DNA of 64,000 nucleotides from assembly GCA_028534125.1 (NCBI GenBank), contig CM052832.1, positions 6,140,001-6,204,000 of the forward strand, written 5' to 3'. Origin of the DNA: Lama glama (Eukaryota). The notes beneath the pieces were generated by a model. The model had not been told where the DNA came from, ran no database searches, and worked only from the letters and a program-made list of their open reading frames with translations. Below, in pieces: positions 38,528 to 51,080 of the stretch. The position numbers and the translations under genes are program-made. Each line of letters opens with the position of its first letter. Position 1 is the first letter of the stretch.

Positions 38528-41500
38528 GAAGCAGATTATTTTTAAACAGAGAGAGAAGACATGATTTCCTGGGCAAGAGACAGGGGGGAAAAGGCAAAGG
38601 AGTTAGGAATGAGTAGGAAGAGTGAGGAAGCTGCTCTGAAGAACATAGGAATGTGGGAACGAGAGGGATCTGAGGATGCAGAGAGAGGCGGGGCTGGACT
38701 GGGGGTTCCTAGCTCAGGGCAGAGCCCGTTGGGACTTGAAGCAGGAGGCAGTCTGGAGCCAGGAGGGTGAGTTGATCTGGGGAGGGGCAAGATGAATGCA
38801 TTTTTCAGGAGGATTAGGCTGGCTGAGGCACAGGATGTCGTGGTCTTAGGCAAGTTCAGACCAAAGGTTGATGAGAAGTCCGGAAGGACATGTCCTACTC
38901 CAAGAGTTGGCCTCACTTTGGCCTCCAGGTGTGATGGCAGCCTCCTTGGGAAAGCTGGAATCACCCAGGGCCCTGACTCTGTGTCTCTGGGACTCAGCCT
39001 ACCGCCAGCTTTGCCTCTCCACCACCCCCTCACCTGACATTTCCAGGTAACATAAACCAAAGGACCCAGCAGGCTGGGGATTCCAGAGGCAACTCCCAGA
39101 GCATGCCTGGCCCTCCTCCCCTGCAGAGAGGAGAACACACATTGCTCCACTTGGCCTCTGTCATGAGTGTCCATGGTCGACCTCATCGTCCCTTTGGCTG
39201 GGCTCCTGTCCTCCTTTTCTGGGTGTGGCCCTTTTCTTACCTGTTCATTCGTTGCTCTTGTTTAAACCTTCTTGAACTTTCTCCGGCTCCTTCCCATGGA
39301 GACTCTGAGGAGAAATTCCACTGCCAGTCCCAGGGGCAAAGTGTTGCCAAGCCTAGGTCAGCAACTGAACCAGAGGGCGAGGCTCATGACTCCCAATCCT
39401 TGTCATCGGCACTGTTTTCTAGATGACACAGAAGGCTCACGGCAGGCATCTGTGCCCCACCCGCGCAGCTCAGGAGCGGGGTCTGAGCGGCAATTCTTGC
39501 TCAGCCGGAGCCTGGTCCAAGCTCAACACTGTCTCCCAGCCCTGCTTCTCCACTGTGCAATGGGGGCTTGGGTTTCTGGCTCTCTAAGTCCTTCACAGCT
39601 CCAGCCTTCAGGATTCCCTGTGGACCTTCCCGTTCTCAGCTCTGGCCGGGGTGGAATCCTGGCTCCGAGCAGGGCTGTGGCTGCCCATGAGGGTACATGA
39701 ATCTCCCCTGCCATGCAGGAACCACCCCTGAGAGCAACAGTTACACACATGCTCACACACCTAGACACACACACACACAACTTTGCTTCCTGTGACTCAG
39801 ACCCCTCTCTCTCCAAGAGGATGAATTTGAATTTCACGTCCCTCAAGAAGCTTCAGTGAACATATCACCTGTTCCCTTGTCACTAGAATCCTCCTGCACT
39901 GTGTAACGGCCCTTGGTTGAGACAAAACTAAGAGAAATTTTATACATTTAATGGGATTTTGTGGTCCCTAAGTCACAGCATCTCCTGGGCCCTCTGCTCT
40001 GGGCCAACTCCTTGAATCACCAGACCCTCTTCTCTGCTCTTCTTGATCCAAAACAGCAATAGTCAACAGGAGCTGGGTGTCTCGGGTGCTCAAGACTCTG
40101 GAATGACCCATGGCGCTGTCCCAGACCAGGGCAGGCTGCGGTTTTAGGTTGAAGGAAGATTTCAGTCTGTTTAAGGGAGACAGGTAACCAGCTCTGCAGA
40201 GAGGTTTCCGCGGTAACTATTCAGTGAGAGGAGAAGCTGTCAGTCCCACAGAAGGTCTCCTGTCAGCCGAGGAGCTGACAGGTCCAGGGAAGGTTCCTAG
40301 GGCTTCCCCTGCAGTGGAGATGGGAGGGCTGGGAGGACGTGACACGTGGACTGGACACAGGAGATGTCCCTGGAGAACATGGGCCAACATGCATGTGAGA
40401 AACCGGGGGTTCGAGACAAGCCTGGGCTTGCCTGTTTGCAGAGCTTCGTGGGCAGTGGGAGATGATGTTTGAGAGGGAAACGGAGATGTCAGTCAAGGAC
40501 ACGGGGGAGGAGCTGAACAGCTGGCCCCTGGAAAGATGAGTCCAAGTTGTGTGCGCAGCTGCCGAGAAGGGTCAGCAGTGGCCGCAGTGACTGAGTTCTG
40601 AGTGAGCACCGCCGAGGAACCCTAAGACAGCCTTGAGTGGATGAGCACCGGCAGCCCTGATACGTGGATGATGGCCCTGCTATTTCAAATCAGGGCTAAA
40701 TGAATGTCTACCCAGTGCTTGCAAGCTGCCTCTCATCCTTGGATCCTCCAGGAATTTTAAGTCCAACTCGAGCTTATCCTTACCTTACTCCAGAACCACT
40801 TGGTTTCTTTCTTAACTTATTTTTGTTTCTTCCTTGGAAACTGAAGGAATAACTCTGACCCACGTGCTCACGGGGCAAGTAGAGAAACTGGGTGACTAAC
40901 AATGAGTACAAGGAATTCTTTCCGTTATTGAATTCTCCAGTTATTTTGCACAACCTGGATATTTTCCGTCTCCTTTGAAGGCATGAAACATTTCACACCA
41001 AGAGGAAAGAATGGAGGGTAGGAAATATTGTAACCAGCTGGGTAGCCGCTAGCCAGTTTTGTCAGATACTAACATTTAGCCTGAGTTGCTTCAGAATTTT
41101 GTTTTTTTTTTAAAGAAATGTCACTTTGTCCTTTCATCCCAATTCTATTAAGTGGCCTAGAAATGAGTTGGCTATTTCTGTGCTTTGTCTTTAAAATGTG
41201 GTGAAAGGTAGAACTTTGAGAAGGAAAGGGTAACAAAAGTTTCAGATTCTGTCCCTGAAGAATTATGAAATTAGGCTTAATGGAAAATCTAAAATATTTT
41301 AAAGCTGGAGTGTATCAATTGTATGAATCAAACAAGTTTAAGTAGATCTTAATTTCCCCAACTACTACAATTTTGAAAAGTTTTGGAAAGTCTTTCTGTC
41401 TACAGCATAATAAGTTCATCGATCATTCTCTTGTCCTTGCTTTCTTCCAATGAGACACATCCAAGTAATCGTCAGATAATTAGACTTTCAGAAGCTGACT

Positions 41501-42249
41501 TATTCTTTTGGTTTCAGTCTTTAGAAAGCCAAAAGTTCAATGTCACTTTTCCATTTTGGCTTGGTTTAACATTGCCGAGGTTGTTCTTTGGAACAAGAGA
41601 TATGTGTGAATATTAACTCAACTTCATTAATGAATTGCTACTCGAGTCCTCTGAGTTTAAAAGTTGAGTTGGTTGTTCTCCTTGAATCAGAAGGTCGGTT
41701 TGTAGAGTATTCCTTCCAGCAGAGAATCAATCTGACAATGATTTGAAGAATTTAGAAGACATGAAGCATGTGCATAATAGTGGAAAGGTTTTGAGAGGTT
41801 AAAGATGACTCTAGCAAATCCTAGGATTATAGATACTATTAAAAAATATTGTCTCCAAGAACAAAGATCATGTGCTTACATCATTGCAAGACAGCAAACA
41901 GTCAGTAGAGTTTAATTTGGATGACAACATGGCCCAACGCACTTAGAAACTATGAGAGGTTTGAGGATGACAATACATAGCTAGTTCATCATCAAGTGGT
42001 GTAGTCAGGGAGACAGGTGTGGACAACCAAACACACCTAGTGTGCTCCAGCTCTGGGCTCGCCAAGTGGTGTAACAACAACAATTAGACGTGGTCTCTGT
42101 CCCCAGCCAGCTCCTGGTCCAGTCTATCCTTTCTTAGATTTCTTCACTCTTGTGTCTCAGACTTACATCTTCTGCATCACCATGGGCCATCTATACTTGT
42201 ATTTTCAAGTTGTATTTCAACTTGTATTTTGTATTTCAAAATTTAAACA

Positions 42250-42770
42250 TAAAGGACCAGAATTGGATTTGGCTGGATATAGAAGAACTCCAACCACAGT
42301 GGCCTAACCAAATGAGGGAGTTGTTTTTCACGTAATGAAGAGACTACAGTTAGAAAGTCCAAGACAAGGACAACGGCTCAAAGAAACCGTCTCTTTCTTC
42401 CCTGCTTCTCTCCCATCCTTAGCATCTTCATGGTCCAAGATATTTGTACCTCATGCAGCCATTTTACCTGGTTTCCAGGCAGAAGACGGGGGTGGGGAGT
42501 GGGAGGCGGAGGAGTACTGAAGGAAAAATGGCACCTGCCAGCTGTTTGATTCTTTTTATCAGGAAAACAATAGTTTTCCTCAAATTCCCATCCAGTAGAC
42601 TTTTACTTACATCTCGTTAGCCAGCACTGGGTCACATGCCACCCAGTTGCAAGGGAAACTGGAGGATGGATAGTTTTAACTGAGAGCATTGCTACCTGAA
42701 CTTGCGTTGTATGAATGAAGTAAAAGAGTGAGCTAGTCTGGGCAACTGGCACAATCTACCACCAGATCCA
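42250..42770. mobile_element. Old MaLR LTR (MLT1J/K/L-like)
   Basis: acagtggcctaacc...tttttcacgtaa...cttacatctcgttagccagcactgggtcacatgccaccc..tgcaaggga. Confidence 0.55.
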
Positions 42771-43279
42771 TCTAACTCAGTCTCACTTAAGAACTCTTTG
42801 TATAATCATGCACTTAATGGGCCAGTTGTACTTCCTGGGTCAATTGCTCTAAGGCATGTTAAAACACAAAACAAAAAATTAAAAGTTGAAATGCTGTAAA
42901 GGATTTACATAGCAGACTTTGGAAACTGGTCTCTCAGTACCAGCGGTTTTCTGGATTGTTTCCTGGGGATGTAGAGTTTGCTGAATTCCCTCCTGGGGCC
43001 ACAGGGCTGGCTCAGGCTCCGGATAAGAGATGATTTCCAAGGACATGTGGCAAAAATGGGCTCTGGGATGCAGGAGCAGGCATTTGAAAACGTTTTTTAA
43101 ATAGAGATATAATTATATACAGTAAAATGCACAGATCTTAAATGATGAGTTTTAACAAATGTATATTCTTTAAAACCAACACCCCAATCAAGACTTGACT
43201 ATTTTCATTGTCCCCCCAAATTATCTTGTGCCCCTTACTAGTCAACCTTCCCTCCACTCAGGGGTAGTAATCATTCTCG

Positions 43280-43779
43280 NNNNNNNNNNNNNNNNNNNNN
43301 NNNNNNNNNNNNNNNNNNNNNNNNNNNNNNNNNNNNNNNNNNNNNNNNNNNNNNNNNNNNNNNNNNNNNNNNNNNNNNNNNNNNNNNNNNNNNNNNNNNN
43401 NNNNNNNNNNNNNNNNNNNNNNNNNNNNNNNNNNNNNNNNNNNNNNNNNNNNNNNNNNNNNNNNNNNNNNNNNNNNNNNNNNNNNNNNNNNNNNNNNNNN
43501 NNNNNNNNNNNNNNNNNNNNNNNNNNNNNNNNNNNNNNNNNNNNNNNNNNNNNNNNNNNNNNNNNNNNNNNNNNNNNNNNNNNNNNNNNNNNNNNNNNNN
43601 NNNNNNNNNNNNNNNNNNNNNNNNNNNNNNNNNNNNNNNNNNNNNNNNNNNNNNNNNNNNNNNNNNNNNNNNNNNNNNNNNNNNNNNNNNNNNNNNNNNN
43701 NNNNNNNNNNNNNNNNNNNNNNNNNNNNNNNNNNNNNNNNNNNNNNNNNNNNNNNNNNNNNNNNNNNNNNNNNNNNNNN
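43280..43779. other. Assembly gap (500 N)
   Basis: Run of exactly 500 N. Confidence 0.99.
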
Positions 43780-44608
43780 GGAAGCACTGGGAGAGGGAAA
43801 GAGAAGAGAAATTGCTGTTGGCTTTCAGATCTGAGCACAACCAAGATGAGTCCATGGAAACCTGGAAAAAAGCAGGAAGCCTGGCCCACTCGCCTCTCCA
43901 CTTCCACGCCCACTCTGCACCCAGGCCTGCCCCACCCCACCTCCAGGTCACATGCTTTTCTGAAGGTGGCGGGGCTGTGAGGTCAGACTCCTTCACCCCC
44001 ATCTCGTGTCTGCTGTACTTTCACTTCCTCCCCCTTTCCCCATCAAGGTCAGATAATCTACTCCCAGGAAATGACTCATACGAAGGTGTAAGTTACCAGT
44101 ATTGACACAGCACATTCCCCCACCAAGGAGCTCACTCACTTGGACAAGAGATAAGCAACTTTTATCCAAGTAAATGAGGTTAGGACTCTGCCTGCAGGGT
44201 GTTGGGAGGAGCAGGGGGGAAATTGGGACAATTGCTCTGAGGGGCAGCTCCCCCAGCAACGCACATCTCTTCCGGATGTGGGGTCTACCCTCCTCCTTTA
44301 TGTGCTTATTTGGGGCTTCCCTCAACTAAAATGTAAGTTCTTGGAGGGCAGCCTTGGCCATCTTGTTTACTTCTGCCATCCGTGCCTAGAACAGTGCCTG
44401 GCCTAGAATCGATAGTCAAAAAAGACTTGTTAAGTGAGGGTTTAGTGAATGTTATTTGTTTCTAGTGCCCGGCAGCAAAGCTAAGGAAGAGAATGGGCGA
44501 CAAGAAGGCTTAGAATTTTTTTAAATAAATATAACATTTTTCCCCCATAAACTTCATGGTCATTGTTGGAAAAAAATTTTAAACACATAAGTGAAAATAA
44601 GAAAGTTA

Positions 44609-45335
44609 GGGGAGGATATAGCTCAGTGATAGAGCACCATGCTTAGCATACACGAGGTCCTGGGTTCAGTCCCTGGGACCTCTGAGACAGGAGGGAAGCG
44701 GGCAGGGCACAGCCACTCAAGGAATGACAGCAGTTTAACACCAAAATGGTGGAAGGGTCACCAAAATGGTGGAAGGTTCATCTCCTAGTTGGCCTTAAGG
44801 ATTGAGAGGTTTGACTTCTAATAGACCTTGAGCTTCATTACATGCTCATTGTAACAGCAACATCAAATAACATGCCCACAGGCAACATGACAGCCCCAAG
44901 GCTAACCACAAAAGGCAAAGAATGGGCGGTGGCCCAGTCCCTGGGAATCCCAGCCCCTTCCCCAGGGCAGTTGGACTGATCCCACCTGTAGGCATGTGAA
45001 GCTACTGAGACCATAAAAAGTGACATTACTACGCCTAGTGGCCCTTTGCGCACTCTCTCCCCTTTAGAGACGCCCACACTCTGTCTGTGGAGTGTGTACC
45101 TACTTTTACTTTAACCTGAGCACCCAGTTCCCACACTTCTTTCCTTGCCTTTCTCCTGCCTTACACTGTATGCAGTGTGTATCTCTCTAAATAAATCTAC
45201 CTTAACTCAACGGTGGCTCGCACTTGGTGGGGCATGTCCCAGGGGCTCAACCCAGACCTGGGACCCAGCCCTCCTCACGCCTCACATCCGTTTTCCTGCA
45301 TCACCTCCGTTAAAAAAAGAAAAGAAAAGAAAAAG
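44609..45335 (+). mobile_element. tRNA-derived SINE split by an LTR insertion (head 44609-44682, tail 45308-45335)
   Basis: ggggaggatatagctcagtgatagagc...gggttcagtccctgggacctc | LTR | cctc cgttaaaaaaagaaaagaaaag. Flanks aagaaagtta and aagaaaggta are a probable SINE TSD. Confidence 0.88.
44683..45303 (+). mobile_element. Solo ERV LTR (ERV1-like, 4-bp TSD)
   Basis: TG...CA termini (tgagacagg...cctgcatca), TSD cctc at 44679-44682 and 45304-45307, TATA-like cataaaaa at 45012, AATAAA at 45190-45195. Confidence 0.92.
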
Positions 45336-46586
45336 AAAGGTAAAAACATTTGTAATCCCCTCCAGTCAATTATTGTTAACACAGTGATATAAACCCAACC
45401 AGATTTTTGTGTATGTCTCTATTTCTCTTATACATACACTTTAACAACAAAAAAAAACCAGTATCCTTAATATTTTATGATTTGCTTTTTTGAAATACAA
45501 TAAATTGAAAACATCTTCCCATTGAATAACATATATTATAATCATTTAAATGACTGTCTAATATTGCAACACCTAGCTGTACCAGCAGGCCCTATTTTTA
45601 CCAATCCTCTATTGCTGGGCATTTGTTTTTCCCCAGATTTTTAGTGTTATTTATAAAAACACAGCTAAGAATGTCTTTATCACTAAATCTTTGTGCATGT
45701 TATTTCCTTATACAAGTGAAAATATTGTCATGGTTAAACACTGGCAATATTTATTGAATGAACTCACTATGTCAGGATAGTTAATGTTACTTTATTTAAT
45801 CCTCCCCCAAACCCTATTATTACCAGATGAAGAAGCCGATTTTGAAGATATTGAGTAATCACCCAAGATTACTATTAGTCATGTCTTCACTGTTTTTGAT
45901 GCACGTTGCCAAATTGTCTTCTGGAAACACGCTTTGGAATGCTTCGGGGAATAACTGGGAACCTGCTTCTTCAGGTAAACCCTCCATCAAGGGAGTGACT
46001 ACACAGTTTCCTTCAGTGAACGGTTCCCATGTTTTATTGAGCTGTCGACATTTGTTTTCCCCTTACGTTTACCCAAAACCTTGGTGATAGTTTAATCGCC
46101 TTGTACTTCCTGGCAGCAAAATATCTTCTGACTCACCCTCTGAGTGGACTGCACTCCGGAGAAGCAGAGGAGTTCCGAGCTCAGAGTCCTAAAACACAGG
46201 CTTGACCCTGAGTTCATCTCCTGTCCTGGGGCGGGGTCCTCAGGCACATCAGTTCCCTCACCCCAGCCTTGGTTTCCGTATAAGATGACAAAAATAACAC
46301 CAACCTAACTCATCTCCCGGGAGTGTGATGCTGGGGAGAGAAAATGATACTGAAACAGCTTTGCCAGCTAGAAAGAACAACGGAGCGCGAGGTACTGCTA
46401 TCAGTACCAGTATCATCAACTTTATCAGGACTCTTACATCGATGACCTGGCTCTTTATTCAAACCATAGCGTTTTTAATAACTGAAAGCAATCAGAGAGA
46501 AAAAAAAAAATAAAAGCTAGAAGAGAAAAGAAGATAGGAAAAACAAAGCAAAAAAGCCCCAGATGTCAGGAAGGAATGGACTATGG

Positions 46587-47212
46587 CGATGCAGGAAAAC
46601 AGATGTGGGGCATGAGGAGAGCCGAGTCCCAGGTCTTGATTGAGCCCCTGGGACGTGCCCCACCAAGTGTGGGTCCTTGGCTTCACGTAGGAAAGAATTC
46701 AACTGCGAGCCAATGTTGAGTAAAGGTAGATTTATTTAGAGAGATGCTGCATAGAGTGTAAAGCAACAGAAAGGCGAGGAAAGAGGTGTGGGAACTGGGT
46801 GCTCAGGTTAAAGTAAAAGTAGGTACACACTCCACAGACAGAGTGTGGGCATCTCTAAAGGGGAGAGAGAGCGCAAAGGGCCACTAGGCATAGTAATGTC
46901 ACTTTTTATGGTCTCAGTAGCTTCACATGCCTACAGGCGGGATCAGTCCAACTGCCCTGGGGAAGGGGCTGGGATTCCCAGGGACTGGGCCACCGCCCAT
47001 TCTTTGCCTTTTGTGGTTAGCCTTGGGGCTGTCATGTTGCCTGTGGGCATGTTATTTGATGTTGCTGTTACAATGAGCGTATAATGAAGCTCAAGGTCTA
47101 CTAGAAGCCATTCCTCTTAATCATTAAGGCCAACTAGGAGGTGAACCTTCCACCATTTTGGTTGCTGTCATTCCTTGAGTGGCTGTGCCCTGCCCCCTTC
47201 CCTCCTGTCTCA
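46587..47212 (-). mobile_element. Second solo LTR of the same family, opposite orientation
   Basis: Reverse complement aligns along the full length of 44683-45303. The 3' terminus reads CG rather than CA, and flanks tatgg/aatgg form an imperfect TSD. Confidence 0.92.
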
Positions 47213-50200
47213 AATGGGATTGGGGGACACTGGAGGGAACACCCTGTAAGAAGGAGCAATTAACTGAAATTCAGAACAGGCTGAACGAACCCAGAGCATA
47301 CATTCCACTGCCTGTGTCAGAGGATGGCGGTTAGAGGCAGTCCTCACGGGAAACCCAGCCAGCGCCGTATAAACCTACTGGCTGCATCCATAATGAGCTT
47401 TGCATCTGAATTTCTTAATCATTAAAATGAAGGAGTTAAATTGTATTCTTGGACCCTTTTAGTCTTGAATTCTACAATTATCAGAAGTATTTCCTATCAA
47501 ATTCCTTTGTCCTCAGGACTTGGAAAAATTTTTGTCCTCTTTCCAAGATCCTGCACTTTAAGACGACTCGTCCTGCAGGGACAGAAGCATAGACTAACAG
47601 CACCTGGTCTCTGTTATGCATGACATGGTCCAAAGACTATTTTGTCTGTCACATCACCAGTAAGCTCTAGCGGGCTTGAGAAAATCCACTGTACGGAGAA
47701 GTTTAATTTTTAAATGTAGTATCTGTTTGCTAATCAGTCATTCTCAAAAGAAAGAAAAAGAGATTGATCAAATACAGGCCTTGAAACAAAGTAGAAGATT
47801 AAAGTTAGCTTCTGAGTCAGGAAGAATTCTGAGGCTAGCACAAAGAGAAAGGAGAATGGATAATTGATATTAAGCACGACGGATCAGAAAGAAACTTGAA
47901 TCATTTCTAAAATGGAACTATCCTCTCCCTTAATGTCCTAAAGATGCACCCCCCTCTTCTCTAAGGATGGATATGAGACTAAGAGCTTTCCTTACCACCT
48001 TGTTTGAATCTGAGAGCTGAACGTCATTTCACTGCCAAGTTAATCTAATGTTATTACTTGGCTTTTAAAAGGCAGAATGGGAGGTTTCTATTGAATGGCT
48101 TGAGACTGTAAGAATGCAGATGACTCTAATTTGCAAAGCTGTTGATAGGGGAGGCGGGCTGAGCCCAGAGGAGCGGCTTCTCACCAGCTTAGCTCCTTCT
48201 TGGGTGGAGAGGGGACGGGGTGGGGGTGGGGGGTAGCCAGCAAAAGCTGTCCTGCCCAGGGATCTCAGATTCTTTGCACAGAAAACTGGAACCTGTTCCC
48301 TTAAAGTCCATCATGTGAGACTGAAGAGCTTTGTCTTAAATCACTTAAACATGAAGTTGGGCAATGATCCCTGTGAAGAAATCCAATTCCTGGAACCAAA
48401 GAGAAAAAAATTTAAAAAACTGATAGGCGACTACGTGTCTGTAAGTGGTACTTCAGAAAGAAATGGATTGGAAATGATGGGAACGGAATGAAAGTGAATG
48501 AGGCGGAGGGTCTCGGTGCCAGAGGCTGACCCGGGTTTTGCGGACCACCCTGAGGAGTCCTTTTGTGGGGGAAATACCCGGGAAGTGGCAGAGCCAAGCC
48601 CGTCGTTATGGGAGGTGAGTAGACGGAAAGGCAGGATTGGCTGGGACTCTCCTCTTCTGGGGACATTCTGGAAAGGGGCTGATCCCGGGTGCTGGGATCA
48701 GACCAGCCCCACATGGCCTCCCTTTGCAGGGAGAGAGAGGGAAAAGGGTGGTACGGAGGAGAGACAGAGTGATCCAGAGAATCCCAAGGGCAGGGGGCGA
48801 AGCAAGGAGACGCAGAGTAAGTGCGGTGGCATCAGTGTGGCAGCCCCGCTTCAGGCGGGATTGAGCACGGTGGTTCCTGCGAGGTCCCCACAAGCAGAGT
48901 GTACCCACCTCTGAATAAATCATTTCCCCTTCAGCCTGATCAGAAATCCCCACCTATTTCCCTAAGAGCAAAAACGCAGACCCCGGGGTGAAAGCAAATA
49001 CACTGTTCCTGGGAACGCTGGAATAAACTAACCCTTGGTTACTCATCCGTGTCTAGGAAAAATCTTATTTACCAGAAGTTACCCCTTTTGCAGGAATTCT
49101 GATGAAATAGGTACAGTCTTTCCCATATGAACAGTGGAGAGACGGAGCCCGCAAAGGGTTTCATTTGTGAATGTGTTTAACAAGGGTTTACTGAACACCA
49201 CTCTGTGCAAAGTCCTATACTTGAAGCAAGGACTTTCCAAGAGACCTAAGGGTCATACTGGACAGTGCGGGATCTAAGTAAACCTGAGCTGTGGGACAGG
49301 GAACACTTAACAGATGGCAGGATGTGATGCCCCATGAACAGCAGAGTTGATTGTCAGTGACCCAAGACGTCAGAAGAGGGAGAAGACCTTTGAGGATGTT
49401 CAAAGATGTCCCAAGAGAGGGTCCTGAATAGAATATTGCAAGAGGCACAGACAATGCAAAGGGGGAAGGTGGCAGTGGGGCCAAGAAAGGGCTCCAGAGG
49501 GGGTTAGCTAGGGGCTGGGGATGCACAGCACAGGAAAATGAAACTTGGGAGCACGGAGGAGAGCTTCAAATAGAGGATGCGCGGCTGGGAGCCAGACTTG
49601 CAAAGTCCAAGCAGCATCTCTGGCAAGGCAGTTTGGTAAAGCAGAGAGAGTGGGTTTGCAACCTTGAACCAGAGTGGTTGAGGAGTCGCTTTCATTATAA
49701 GTTGCGGTGGTAGGTAGGACAAGACACAGAGTTTAAGACGGGGGCTCGTGTGACAAACCCCCCCTTCTCTCAACCCACTTTCTCCTTCCCGTCCTCCTGT
49801 GTTTCTTCGCCAGTCCCCTCCTTTCCACCTGATTTAGTTCTGTGTTCAGTTCTCAAGGTTCAACGTGATTTTTTTTCCATGAAGCTAAATATATTTAACT
49901 TTTTATTGAGGAAAAAAAAGAACAATGTTGAATCCCATGACTAGCTGTCTTGGGTTGGGCTCAATGCCGTGCCACTGTGCCTTTGTTTGTAGAAGTGGGA
50001 TAAAAATCCCTGTCTCAAAGGGTAAGAGACATAGCAGTGAGCCTGACAAACGGTGAGATCTTCACATAAGCGCAGTCCCTTCCCTTGACCTCCAGGTCCT
50101 TAGATACACACGCACGCACACCCACATGTACACACAGCTCCCCAATATGCTAGGAAGAAAAAGGAGCCATTCACCACGTGCTCCTGTTTCACTTGATCCT

Positions 50201-50694
50201 TAAGTCAGTTCTGTAGGGGAGTGGAGTACAGGAGATATAAAAGGACCCTGAATAAATATTCCAGGTTGAGTTTGTTAAGAAAAACCACTATTGGGAGTAG
50301 AAGAAAACAGACATTTTATATGTAACTGGAACTGAGAACATGCTCTGCGGTTAAAGTTAGCAGTCCATGCGTAAGAATGCTGTTAGTAAATTAAGAGTTG
50401 CACAGAATGGGGTGGGAAGATCCAGCTCCATGGTAGAGCACTCCAAATGCATTTGCATATTGTCTAGCAAGGTGCTGTTTAATAATGCATTAGATATCTT
50501 CAGAATGTGTGGTTATTTCTAATTTCTCATTTATAAGTATATCCATGATTGATGATGGTTGTTTCTTTCATCTTCTTCATTAAGCTAGGAAGGTGTCAGC
50601 ATCCGGGTAAGATGTAAAAGGCTCTGAGAAATACCTGGATTCAAATCCTGTCTCAATTACCATTTGTCCTTAGTGTCTTCATCTGTAAACGAGT

Positions 50695-51080
50695 GTATCC
50701 ATTAGGCCAGGTTGGGAAACCTGCCATGGAAACAAACAAGGCCAGCATCTCCCTGACTTGCTGCTCCGTCGTCCATATTACACGATCGCTGCAGGTCAGC
50801 CTCATCCCCCCTTTGTGACACGTTCTCTAGGACCCCAGTCAACGGAGCAGCCTCTTTGTGGGCTCTCGCCTGACTCTTAGCAGAGAGGGAGAAGAAAAGG
50901 ACACAGGGGCTCACATGCTGGCTCTTAAAACTTCTGTTCAGAAGTGCTGCACATCACTTCTGCTCAGATTTCACCACCAGCCAAAACAAGACCTGGCCAA
51001 TCCAACATCAATGAGGCAGATAAATGTAACCCTTCCAAAGAGGGACTGCAAATATCTTGAGGGAGCCTACAGCCTACCAG
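50695..51080. mobile_element. Old MaLR LTR (MLT1-like)
   Basis: gctggctcttaaaacttctgttcagaagtg...catcacttctgctcagatttca...gccaaaacaag. Confidence 0.5.

Noticed and set aside
38542..39186. 214-aa minus-strand ORF
   Set aside because: Low-complexity Pro/Ser/Leu composition, no recognisable domain, codon bias or exon structure.
43195..44002. Long ORFs of 232-261 aa
   Set aside because: Artefacts of translating through the N gap. The same applies to 58804-59698.
44838..47084. Duplicated 79-aa ORF (44838-45077 and 46845-47084)
   Set aside because: Antisense reading of the shared LTR core with a GTG start. The similarity reflects DNA identity, not coding constraint.
44683..47212. Full provirus or DNA transposon with long terminal inverted repeats
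   Set aside because: The LTRs are inverted rather than direct, each has its own flanks, and the spacer has no retroviral or transposase coding sequence.
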